From Candidatus Eiseniibacteriota bacterium (GTDB taxonomy: Bacteria > Eisenbacteria > RBG-16-71-46 > CAVPCR01): 64,000 nt of DNA. Below are positions 37,852 through 46,758 of the stretch, piece after piece. The stretch covers positions 480,001 to 544,000 of the forward strand of contig CAVPCR010000004.1 in assembly GCA_963702435.1 (NCBI GenBank). Reading direction: 5' to 3'. Made by a program: the position numbers and the translations under genes. Under the pieces are notes generated by a model that had not been told where the DNA came from, made no database searches, and was given only the letters and a program-made list of their open reading frames with translations. The stretch's first letter is position 1; each line of letters begins with the position of its first letter.

Positions 37852-39932
37852 CTACTGCCGTGCGAGCCACTCCCCGTCGAGCCCGCAGCCGTGCGCGCGC
37901 GGGCCGCGGCGCGACGGCCACTCCCGGTTGTCGCCGGCCGGCGGCGCGGTCACCGCCGCCGCAGCAGCCGCCGCCGGGCCGAGGTTCTGCCAGCGGTACT
38001 CGTCGCGTCCGCCCGTGTCGAGGAAGAGGCCCACCGCCTCGAGGTCGTCGCGGAAGCTGTTTGCCGGCGGGTAGAGGGTCGTGGTGCCGAGCGGCGGCGT
38101 ATCGCTCCAGTCCGGGTTGTCGCCGATCAGTTCGAAGCGCACGTCGTAGAGATCGTTGCCCGCGCGATTCCAGAACAAACCGATCGAGGCGAGATCCGCC
38201 GAGCCCCCGCAGTGGCTCCGGAGCAGGTGCTCGTCGTCGCCGCCACCGTCGATCGAGATGCCGATCGAGCCGTCGCGCGCGTGTCCCTGGAACTGGTTCA
38301 CCGCGATCGCATTGCCGGCGTTGTAGCGGTCGCGGCCGCTGAGATCCACCTGGCAGCCGATCGCGAAGTGGGCCGCCGCGCCGAGGGAGTACTTGCCGTT
38401 CCGGTAGGTGTCGTCGCCGCCCAGGTCCTCGAGCAGTCCGACTCCCCACCAGTAGCCCGCGCCCTGGCTCCAGCAGGTCGCGTGATACGAGTCGTCGCCG
38501 GCGCCGTCGACGAGCACGCCGAAGCCGCCGGCGAGACTGTGCCCGTCGCCGAGATCAGCGCGCCGGCCATAGCCCACGCCCTGCGCCATCGCGACGGAGA
38601 GCCCGTTGTAGAGGTCCGACGGATTGCCGTCGTCGCGAGCGAGATAGCGGTCGTTGCCGGTCACGTCGACGAGGATCCCGGCGCCGAGCGTCGAGCCGAG
38701 TCCTTGCGACTGCTCGGCGCAGGTGTAGGCGTCGTCGCCGGCCCGATCGACGAGGAGACCGACGCCCACGTGCGCGGCGCCCTCTCCCCAGCCGCGATCG
38801 ACGACGTACTCGTCGTTGCCGGCGGCATCGAGGAGGAGGCCGGTGCCGTACCACGCGGCGCCGAGGCCCGACTCCGCCACGCGGTAGGCGTCGTTGCCGG
38901 CGAGATCGATGAGGGCGCCGAGGCCGAAGAGGCCGCAGGCCATGGCGCATGCCGAGTCGCCCCCCGCGTAGCGGTCGGCGCCGGCGAGATCGAGGACGAG
39001 AGCGAGCGGGCGATCGGGCCCGGCGGGGACCGCATGGCGGCCGCGGTACTCGTCGTTCCCGGCGAGGTCGACGGTGAGGAACGCGGGTCGCGCATGCACG
39101 TCGTCGCCGGCGCCGCGGATCGCGACCTCGCCGAGCGCGGTCGGGAAGCGGAGGTCCACGCGCGGCGGGGCGACGCCCGCGGTCCCGTACTCGGCGAGCG
39201 CGCGGTCCACGTGCGCGAGAAAGAGGATCGAGCCGAAGGCCAGGTACTCGCGGTCGAGATGGCGGGGCGCCGCGAACGACGCGCGGCGGAGCGTGGCGAG
39301 CTGGCCGAGCCGATCCTCGGTCCACGGTGCGGCCGCGAGCGCGTAGAGCGAGTCGAGCGGAGCGCGCTCGCCCGCGGCGGCGGCGAGGAACGGCTCATCG
39401 TAGGCGGCGCGGAGCCAGGGTGCGGCCTCGGCGGCGCCGGCGAGGAGCTCAAGCACGAGGCGTTGGGCCGGCGGCGGGAGCGTGCGCCACGTCGCGGCGG
39501 CGGCCGCGTCGAGCGAGTCGGGGCTCCATGGCGCGCCGCGGCGGTCGTGCTGTCCGCGAGCGGCAAGTTGCGGCCGGCCGACACATCGGTGAGGAGGAAT
39601 GCGGTACGCACGAGATCGGCGGTGCTCCCCGCCTGCGCGACGAGCTCGGTGGCGAGCTGGCCGCTCCGCCGCGGGATGGCGCGCACGTCGGAGAACAGGT
39701 TCGCGACGGGGCGGAGGAGAAACATGTCGCGCCCGTAGTGCGCGCGCTCCTCGGCGCCGTAGCCGAGCGTCGGGCCGGCGACCCCCGCGCCGGCCAGCAC
39801 ATGCTGCCAGAGCGTGTCGGGAAGGACGAGCGCGGCGCGGGTCGAATCCACCGCGGATGCGCTCGCCGGCGAGCTCGCGAGGAGGATCGGGATCGAGAAG
39901 ATGAGCACGGCGGTCGCACTCCGAGCGCGCAT
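37852..39932 (-). CDS. Secreted protein with many GxGxLxDxxGxDxY repeats; split by a frameshift at about 39535
   Basis: GGAGG RBS and signal peptide MRARSATAVLIFSIPILLA at 39932; protein-like reading continues in the 37852..39456 frame (PWSPDSLDAAAATWRTLPP...) with more than 10 D..G.D.Y repeats. Confidence 0.7.
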
Positions 39933-40037
39933 GGCGAAGCCTCCTGGCCGGTGGTCGAGCGGCGCAGCGAAGGGGTCGGTAGCGTAGAATAGCGCCTTTG
40001 GCGTGCCGGGCGGGCTGGCTCGACCGGGAGGAGGGTC

Positions 40038-41007
40038 ATGAAGGCCATACGCATCCACGCTCCGGGCGGCCCGGAGGTCATGCAGTTCGAGGAGGTCGCG
40101 GAACCGGTGCCGGGCGCCGGCCAGGCGCTGGTCCGGATCGAGGCGATCGGCGTCAACTTCATCGACACGTACCAGCGGAGCGGGCTCTACAAGATCGAGC
40201 TGCCGGCGACGCTCGGCGTCGAGGCGGCGGGCACCGTGACCGCGGTCGGCGCGGGGGTGACCGAGGTCGAGGCCGGCGCGCGCGTGGCGTGGGCGGGGCC
40301 GCTCGGGGCCTACGCCGAGATGGCGGCCGTCGCGGCCGCGCGCCTCGTGCCGCTGCCCGACGCCCGTGAGCGCGCGCGACGCTGCGGCGGTCATGCTGCA
40401 GGGGATGACGGCGCACTATCTCGCCGTCTCGACCTATCCGCTCGCGCCCGGCCATACGTGTCTCGTGCACGCGGCGGCGGGCGGCGTCGGGCTCCTCCTC
40501 TGCCAGATCGCGCGCCGGCGCGGCGCGCGCGTCATCGCCACCGTGTCGACCGCGGCCAAGGCCGAGCTCGCGCGCGGAGCGGGCGCCGACCACGTGATCC
40601 GCTACGACGAGGAGGACTTCGAGCCGGCGGTCGCCCGGCTGACCGGCGGCCGCGGCGTCGAGGTGGCCTACGATGCGGTGGGTCAGGCCACCTACGAGCG
40701 GAGCATGCGCGCGCTCGCGCCGCGCGGGATGCTCGTCCTCTACGGGCAGTCGAGCGGGCCGGTGCCGCCCATCGATCCGCTTCTCCTCGCGCAGCGCGGA
40801 TCGCTCTTCCTCACGCGCCCGAACCTCGCTCATTACACGGCGACGCGCGAGGACCTCCTGGCTCGCGCCGGCGAGGTGCTCGCGTGGCTCGCCGGCGGAT
40901 CGCTCCGCGTGCGGATCGGGCTCGAGATGCCGCTCGCCGAGGCCCGGGCGGCGCACCGCGAGCTCGCGGGCCGCAAGACGTCGGGGAAGGTGCTCCTCAT
41001 TCCCTGA
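40038..41007 (+). CDS. qor: NADPH:quinone oxidoreductase (MDR/Qor family); +1 frameshift at about 40365
   Basis: GVNFIDTYQRSG in the first frame, then MLQGMTAHYL, HAAAGGVG, YDAVG, GSLFLTRP in the next; removing one C of CCC at 40363-40365 restores LPDAVSARDAAA. Confidence 0.82.
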
Positions 41008-41110
41008 CCGCGGTGGTAGTCTGACGCAGCGGTCGAGAGCGCCCTCTTCGCATCAGGCCTGACGCGCGAATGCGCCGCGTCAGGGTTCGCACCCCCGATC
41101 GGGAAAGGCC

Positions 41111-41518
41111 ATGGGCGGCGTCAATCCATACCTCAAGAAGACCGAGACCAGGCTGCCGGCGAAGCCCTACCAGGTGACCTTCGTCAATCGCGGCGTCACG
41201 GTGACCGTGGATCCGGCGAAGCTCCCCTACGGCCACGAGGGGCAGCCCGGCTCGATCCTCGACATCGCGCTCGCGCACGGGGTCGACCTCGATCACGCCT
41301 GCGGCGGCGTCTGCGCCTGCTCGACCTGCCACGTGATCGTGCGGAAGGGGCTCGCGAGCTGCAACGAGTCCACCGAGGACGAGGAGGACCAGCTCGACAA
41401 CGCGCCGGGCTTGACGCCCCAGTCGCGGCTCGGCTGCCAGGTCGTGCCCGACGGGACGAGCGATATCGAGGTCGAGATTCCGGAGTGGAACCGGAACCTG
41501 GTGCGCGAGGAGCATTAG
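41111..41518 (+). CDS. fdx: 2Fe-2S ferredoxin (adrenodoxin/ISC type)
   Basis: HACGGVCACSTCHV ... EEDQLD.A.GL...SRLGCQ. Confidence 0.92.
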   Translation: MGGVNPYLKKTETRLPAKPYQVTFVNRGVTVTVDPAKLPYGHEGQPGSILDIALAHGVDLDHACGGVCACSTCHVIVRKGLASCNESTEDEEDQLDNAPGLTPQSRLGCQVVPDGTSDIEVEIPEWNRNLVREEH

Positions 41519-41574
41519 ACGAGGCCGGTTTCGGCTGCGGCTCGCGGTTGCCGGCGCCGGCCATGGGGAGGGCG

Positions 41575-41688
41575 ATGGCGGTCAGCTATTCCAGCTATCT
41601 CAAGCTCGACGAGCTGCTCGTGGTCGCCCGGATCGACATACTCGAGACCATGACCCCGCTCGAGTTCCTGTCCCAGGGCGAGCTCTAG
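41575..41688 (+). pseudogene. kynA: Internally deleted tryptophan 2,3-dioxygenase remnant (37 codons)
   Basis: MAVSYSSYLKLDELL (TDO N-terminus) joined to VVARIDILETMTPLEFLS (TDO central motif) and a short tail QGEL*, directly upstream of kynureninase. Confidence 0.72.
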
Positions 41689-41696
41689 AGGCCGCG

Positions 41697-42896
41697 GTGC
41701 GCGCGCTCGCCGAGTTCACCCGCACGCCGAACGCGCTCGCTCCGCACTACGCGCGCTTCCGCGTCGGCGAGCGGCTGCTCCTGACCGGACATTCCCATCA
41801 GGCGTGGCCCGATGTCGGGTTCGCGGGGCAGGTCGAGGCGTGGGAGGATGCGGCGCGTCTCCTCGATGAGAAATGGGGGCCGGCCGCCGGGAAGGCAGAA
41901 CTCGTTCGCGAGGGCTACGCGCGGCTCCTCGGTGCGCGAGCGGACGAGATCGCCCTCGGCCAGAACACGCACGAGCTCGTGATCCGCTTCCTCTCCGCGC
42001 TCCCGCTCGACGCGCGGCCGCGGCTGGTGACTACGGACGGCGAGTTCAATACCCTCCGGCGCCAGCTCGACCGCCTGGCCGAGCTCCGCTCGCTCGAGGT
42101 CGTCAAGGTGCCGGCCGCGCCGGCGGCGGCGATCGCGGAGCGGCTCGCCGCGGCGGTCGACGCGCACACGGCGGCGGTCCTCGTCTCCTCGGTGCTCTTC
42201 GCCAACGCGCACATCGTGCCGGGGCTCGGGTCGCTCTGTGCCGCCGTGCGGCGCGCCGGCGCCGAGTTCCTCGTCGACACCTATCATCATCTGAACGCGG
42301 TGCCGTTCTCGCTCGCGGCGGAAGGGCTCGCCGATGCGTTCGTGGTCGGCGGCGGCTACAAGTACTGCCAGCTCGGCGAGGGGAACTGCTTCCTGCGCGT
42401 GCCGCCGGGGCGCGAGGAGCTCCGGCCGGTCGTGACCGGCTGGTTCAGCGAGTTCGCGCACCTCGCGGCGCCGGTCGCGGGCCGCGTGGCGTACGGCAGC
42501 GGACCCGCGCGCTGGGCCGGCGCCACGTACGATCCGACGAGCCATTACCGGGCGGCGCGCGTCTTCGCGTTCTTCGCCGACGAGGGGCTCACCCCGGATC
42601 TCCTGCGCGCGGTGAGCCGGCACCAGGTAGGATTCCTCGCCGCCGGCTTCGACGCGCTCGACCTCGATCCGCGCCTGATCGCGCGTGACCACGCGGTGCC
42701 GCTCGAGCGGATCGGCGGCTTCCTCGCCCTGCGCAGCTCGCAGGCGGCCGCGCTCGCGGCCGCGCTCCGCGATCGAGGCGTGCTCACCGACGTGCGCGGC
42801 GATCTCCTCCGGCTCGGACCGGCGCCGTATCTCAGCGACGAGCAGCTCGCCGCCGCGATCGCCGCGCTCGGGGCGGTGGTGCGGGCCGGCGTGTAG
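41697..42896 (+). CDS. kynU: Kynureninase (PLP-dependent, class V fold)
   Basis: LLTGHSHQAWPD, TTDGEF, LVDTYH, GGGYKYCQLGEG (PLP lysine), TGWF, GATYDP, LRLGPAPY; adjacent to the kynA remnant. Confidence 0.82.
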   Translation: MRALAEFTRTPNALAPHYARFRVGERLLLTGHSHQAWPDVGFAGQVEAWEDAARLLDEKWGPAAGKAELVREGYARLLGARADEIALGQNTHELVIRFLSALPLDARPRLVTTDGEFNTLRRQLDRLAELRSLEVVKVPAAPAAAIAERLAAAVDAHTAAVLVSSVLFANAHIVPGLGSLCAAVRRAGAEFLVDTYHHLNAVPFSLAAEGLADAFVVGGGYKYCQLGEGNCFLRVPPGREELRPVVTGWFSEFAHLAAPVAGRVAYGSGPARWAGATYDPTSHYRAARVFAFFADEGLTPDLLRAVSRHQVGFLAAGFDALDLDPRLIARDHAVPLERIGGFLALRSSQAAALAAALRDRGVLTDVRGDLLRLGPAPYLSDEQLAAAIAALGAVVRAGV

Positions 42897-42929
42897 GGTC
42901 CGCCGCAAGCGAGCGGGCGGGCCGGCGCT

Positions 42930-43577
42930 CTACGCCGGGGGCATCGGGGGGAGCGGTCCGCGCGGGGACGTCCCCCGCGGGAACCGCCAGACGACGCGGG
43001 CCGGGTTTCCGAACACGACCACATCGGAGGGGATCCGACCGGTCACCACGGAGCCGGCGGCGACCACCGTGTTCGCTCCGATCCGGGTCCCCTTCAGGAC
43101 GATCGCTCCGACGCAGACCCAGGCGTTGGCTCCGATGTAGACCGGCTTGGTGGCGCCCTGGGTATTCAGGCGATGCTCTTCCGGGCCGACCTGAACGGCG
43201 TGGAAATCGCTGTCGGTGATTCGCGCCTCGGCCAGCATCGCCCGGTCGCCGACCTCGATCCGCGCGGCGCAGCTGATGCGTGCGCCGTTGAGGGCCACCT
43301 GGTTGCCGAACTTGATGACCGCCGCGGGGGATTGCGTCCAGGGTGTCGTCCGGGCCAGTTTCGTCGAGAAGACCACGCAATCATCCCCGAACACCACGGT
43401 ACCCGGTCCGCGGATATCCACGCCCCCCACCACGCGAAATCGCCTCCCGACAACGACCTTCTGGCCGCGCAGGCGGAACTTGAGCAGGTAGTACTGCCCG
43501 CAAAGCAACTCGCGCAGATACTCCAGGGACTTCGGCAGGTTCCCTGCGGCCCGGCGGACCGTTTTTCTCCGACTCAT
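42930..43577 (-). CDS. Hexapeptide-repeat (left-handed beta-helix) acyltransferase
   Basis: ITDSDFH, PVYIGANAWVCVGAIVLKGTRIGANTVVAAGSVV, VFGNPARVV. Confidence 0.88.
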   Translation of the reverse strand: MSRRKTVRRAAGNLPKSLEYLRELLCGQYYLLKFRLRGQKVVVGRRFRVVGGVDIRGPGTVVFGDDCVVFSTKLARTTPWTQSPAAVIKFGNQVALNGARISCAARIEVGDRAMLAEARITDSDFHAVQVGPEEHRLNTQGATKPVYIGANAWVCVGAIVLKGTRIGANTVVAAGSVVTGRIPSDVVVFGNPARVVWRFPRGTSPRGPLPPMPPA

Positions 43578-43603
43578 GCCCCGCACCTTTCAGCCTCGCC
43601 GGC

Positions 43604-43855
43604 TCAGCCTTTCCCCTTCCTGGTCGCGATGTACTGCTCGATCGTGTTGAGCGACTCGAAATTCTCGGGCAGTATGTCCTCGTCCGCGATCCGTACTCCG
43701 GTCCGTTCCTCGATGAAATGAATGACCTGCATGAGCCCCATCGAGTCAATGACACCGCGCTCGATGAGAGACTCATCGTCCGACACGTCGTCCGGGTCTC
43801 CCTCGTCGATCAGGTTCTCCCGGATGAAATCTCTGAGCTCGTCCTTGAAGGCCAT
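43604..43855 (-). CDS. Stand-alone acyl/peptidyl carrier protein
   Basis: Acidic 83-aa protein with GVIDSMGL phosphopantetheine serine and ENFESL motif. Confidence 0.92.
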   Translation of the reverse strand: MAFKDELRDFIRENLIDEGDPDDVSDDESLIERGVIDSMGLMQVIHFIEERTGVRIADEDILPENFESLNTIEQYIATRKGKG

Positions 43856-43876
43856 TGCCCCCTCCAGCTCGTCGGG

Positions 43877-45463
43877 TCAGAGGCCCAGTTCAGCCCGCAG
43901 CTGCACCCGATCGGTCTTTCCGGTTGATGTCTGCGGCAGCTGCTCCCGGACCAGGAACTCCTCCGGCACCATGTACCGCGGCAGGCGGGCCAGGCAGAAC
44001 CCGCGGAGCTCTTCCACCACCAGGTCCGCTCCCGGATGCGGAACGATCACCGCCTGGAGGCGCGCCCCGATCTCCTGATCGGGGACGGCGAGGACCACTG
44101 CTTCGCGGATCTTCGGGTGCTGGTAGAGCGTTTGCTCGATCTCCCCCAGCTCGATGCGGTACCCCCGCGACTTCACCATGTTGTCGCGGCGGCCCACGAA
44201 CTGGAAGTTGCCGTCCGGCTGCGGCCGGACATAGTCCCCGGTCCGGTAGACGCGCTCGGGGTATGCCGTCTGCACGGGGTTCGGTATCAGCATCTGGGCG
44301 GTTTTCTCCGGCAACCCCCAGTACCCGAGCATGACGGTGCCCCCTCTCACCAGGAGCTCCCCCTCTTCACCGGGGCCGGCCACCCGCCCGTCCTCGGTCA
44401 CCGCGAACACGTCGGTATTGTCGCACGCCGCGCCTATCGAAATGTCGGCGGTCCGGTCGGCCGGCAGCGGTGGAACCCGGTAGTACGTGCAAACGTTCGT
44501 CTCGGTCGGCCCGTACAGGTTGTAGAACTCGACCTGCTGCAGGCGTTGCATCACATCGCGCAGGTACTTGACCGGGAATACCTCTCCGGCGAACAGTACG
44601 GCGCGGAGGTGCTCGAAACGGAATCGCTCCAGCTGCCCGTGCAGCAGCATCTGGGTGAGGGCCGACGGCACCGAGTACCAGATGCTGATCCGCTCGGTCT
44701 CGATCCAGCGCGCCACCTCCAGCGGAAAGATGAGGGCGGTTTCGGGGACCATGTTCACGCTGGCCCCGGTCTGCAGCGCCACATACACGTCGAAGACGGA
44801 GAGATCGAAGTGCATCGGGGCATGATTGGAGAGCCGGTCCTCCGGCCCGATCCGGAAGGCGGCCACGCCCCAGTCCACGAAGGTCAGCGCATTCCGGTGG
44901 CTGAGCACCACCCCCTTGGGTGTCCCCGTGGATCCGGAGGTGTAGAGGATGTACGCCGGGTCGAGCTCGACGGCGCGGGAGGCCGGGATCCGCTCGGCGG
45001 GGAACCGCCGCAGGGTCTCCCAGGCATGAAACCGCCGGCCTGCCGGATCACCGGCCGCGGCCGGCGTCCCGGTGGTCAGCACCACGGTCCTCAGCTCCGG
45101 CAATTCGCCCCAGTGCGCTGCCAGTCCGTGCAGCTTCTTCTCCGTCGTCACGAGACCGCGGACCGCGCAGTTGCCGAGTATGTAGGAGACGCGCCGGACC
45201 GGAGCGTTCGGGTCCACCGGGACGTAGGTCGCGCCGGCCTTGAGGATCCCGAGCATGGCCACCACCACCTGGGGGCTCTTGTGCAGATCGATCCCGACGC
45301 GGGCGCCCGGCCCGATCCCCTCGGCGGCGAGGAGATTCGCCAGGCGCGTGCTCTCCTCGTCCAGCTCCCGATAGGTCAGTTTCTCGCCGCGGCAGGCCAC
45401 CGCCAGACGATCGGGGTGACGTTGAGCGGATTCGGCGAGGCCATGCCACAGGAGGTACGCCAT
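43877..45463 (-). CDS. Stand-alone amino-acid adenylation enzyme, L-proline-type (PltF/RedM/AnaC-like)
   Basis: YTSGSTGTPKG, HFDLSVFD, WYSVPS, LFAGE, NLYGPTETNVC, YRTGD, GYRIELGEIE, TGK; specificity residues read by eye as DLFYLALVCK. Confidence 0.88.
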   Translation of the reverse strand: MAYLLWHGLAESAQRHPDRLAVACRGEKLTYRELDEESTRLANLLAAEGIGPGARVGIDLHKSPQVVVAMLGILKAGATYVPVDPNAPVRRVSYILGNCAVRGLVTTEKKLHGLAAHWGELPELRTVVLTTGTPAAAGDPAGRRFHAWETLRRFPAERIPASRAVELDPAYILYTSGSTGTPKGVVLSHRNALTFVDWGVAAFRIGPEDRLSNHAPMHFDLSVFDVYVALQTGASVNMVPETALIFPLEVARWIETERISIWYSVPSALTQMLLHGQLERFRFEHLRAVLFAGEVFPVKYLRDVMQRLQQVEFYNLYGPTETNVCTYYRVPPLPADRTADISIGAACDNTDVFAVTEDGRVAGPGEEGELLVRGGTVMLGYWGLPEKTAQMLIPNPVQTAYPERVYRTGDYVRPQPDGNFQFVGRRDNMVKSRGYRIELGEIEQTLYQHPKIREAVVLAVPDQEIGARLQAVIVPHPGADLVVEELRGFCLARLPRYMVPEEFLVREQLPQTSTGKTDRVQLRAELGL

Positions 45464-45480
45464 GATTTGCTCCAGCGCCG

Positions 45481-46638
45481 TCAGACCGAGAGACCGAGAC
45501 TCCGTGCGATGATCAATCGCTGGATTTCAGAGGTTCCTGAGTAGATCTTGCCGCCCAGGAAATCCCGCAGATCCCTTTCCACGCCGAATTCCTTCGTGTA
45601 GCCATAGCCGCCATGGATCTGGATGGCGTCCAGGGCGGACTCGACGGCCGCCTCGCTGATCACGAGCTTGGACACGGCCGCGTCGAGGGCGTCCAGCTTC
45701 TCTTCGGCATGGAGCCACCCCGTGCGATAGAGCACCAGCCTGGCCGTCTCGAGCCGGACCTTCATGTTCACGATCTTGGAAGCCACGAGCTGGAAGCTCC
45801 CCACCGGCTTCCCGAACTGATGCCGGTCTTTCACGTACTGCAGGCAGGCTTCGAGCTGGCGTTGCATCGCGCCAACGGTACTGGCCAGGATGCAACTGCG
45901 TTCCCAGCCCATGGAATGGTTGAAGATCGCCTGCCCCAGGCCCTCGCGCCCCAGGACGTTGGCGGCCGGCACCTCGCAGTCCTCCAGGATCAGCTCGGCC
46001 ATGGGGGCGGTATGGAGCCCCATCTTCTCGATCCTCCGCCCCGTCGAGAACCCCCTGGCGCCGCGTTCCACCAGAAAACCCGTGATCCCCCACATGCCCT
46101 TCCTGGGATCCACGGTGGCGAACACCAGCGCCAGATCCGCATCGGGGGCGTTGGTGATGAACGTCTTGGCGCCGTTCAACACGTAGCGATCCCCGTTGCG
46201 CACCGCGCGCGTGGCCAGGCTGAAGGCGTCCGAACCGGAGTTCGGCTCGGTCATCCCGTGCGCGCCGATCCACGTTCCGTCGCACAACCTGGGGAGGTAG
46301 CGGCGCTTCTGGTCCTCGTTCCCGAACCGGAGGATGGGCACCTCGACCGCCCACATGTGGGCGTGGATCGCAAACACCAGACCGTTGTCCTGGCAACCGT
46401 AACCCAACGCTTCCATGGCGAGCATCGTGCTGAGGCTGTCCAGGCCGCTGCCGCCGTACTCCTCCGGAACCGGAAGGCCCTGGATGCCGAAGTCGGCGCA
46501 CTTCCTCCAGAGCTCGCGCGGCAGCTCGCCGGCGTCGTCGCGGGCCAGGAGGTCCGCATTCAGCTCGCGCCGGGCAAAGGCGACGACCGAATCACGGAAC
46601 CTGAGCTGCTCGTCAGACCAGGAGAAATCCATCATCAC
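45481..46638 (-). CDS. Acyl-CoA dehydrogenase family protein, probable prolyl-carrier-protein dehydrogenase (PltE/RedW/AnaB-like)
   Basis: MTEPNSGSDA, LNGAKTFITNAP, KMGL, WERSCILA, RHQFG, QIHGGYGY, IYSGTSEIQR. Confidence 0.85.
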   Translation of the reverse strand: MMMDFSWSDEQLRFRDSVVAFARRELNADLLARDDAGELPRELWRKCADFGIQGLPVPEEYGGSGLDSLSTMLAMEALGYGCQDNGLVFAIHAHMWAVEVPILRFGNEDQKRRYLPRLCDGTWIGAHGMTEPNSGSDAFSLATRAVRNGDRYVLNGAKTFITNAPDADLALVFATVDPRKGMWGITGFLVERGARGFSTGRRIEKMGLHTAPMAELILEDCEVPAANVLGREGLGQAIFNHSMGWERSCILASTVGAMQRQLEACLQYVKDRHQFGKPVGSFQLVASKIVNMKVRLETARLVLYRTGWLHAEEKLDALDAAVSKLVISEAAVESALDAIQIHGGYGYTKEFGVERDLRDFLGGKIYSGTSEIQRLIIARSLGLSV

Positions 46639-46758
46639 CCCGGCAGGTAGAGGACCAGGAGTCAGCGCACTGACTCCGGCGGCGGAGTCTCCCTCGATGT
46701 CGGCAGGTGCGCCGGGATCGAGTCGCCCGGGTCCGATCCCGGTCAGGCGTCGACCACA

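Noticed and set aside
40360..40370. Programmed ribosomal frameshift in qor
   Set aside because: No slippery heptamer or precedent I know of in this family; an indel error or mutation is simpler.
43604..45463. dlt (D-alanylation) operon
   Set aside because: No DltB/MBOAT or DltD gene; the pocket residues and adjacent dehydrogenase fit proline oxidation better.
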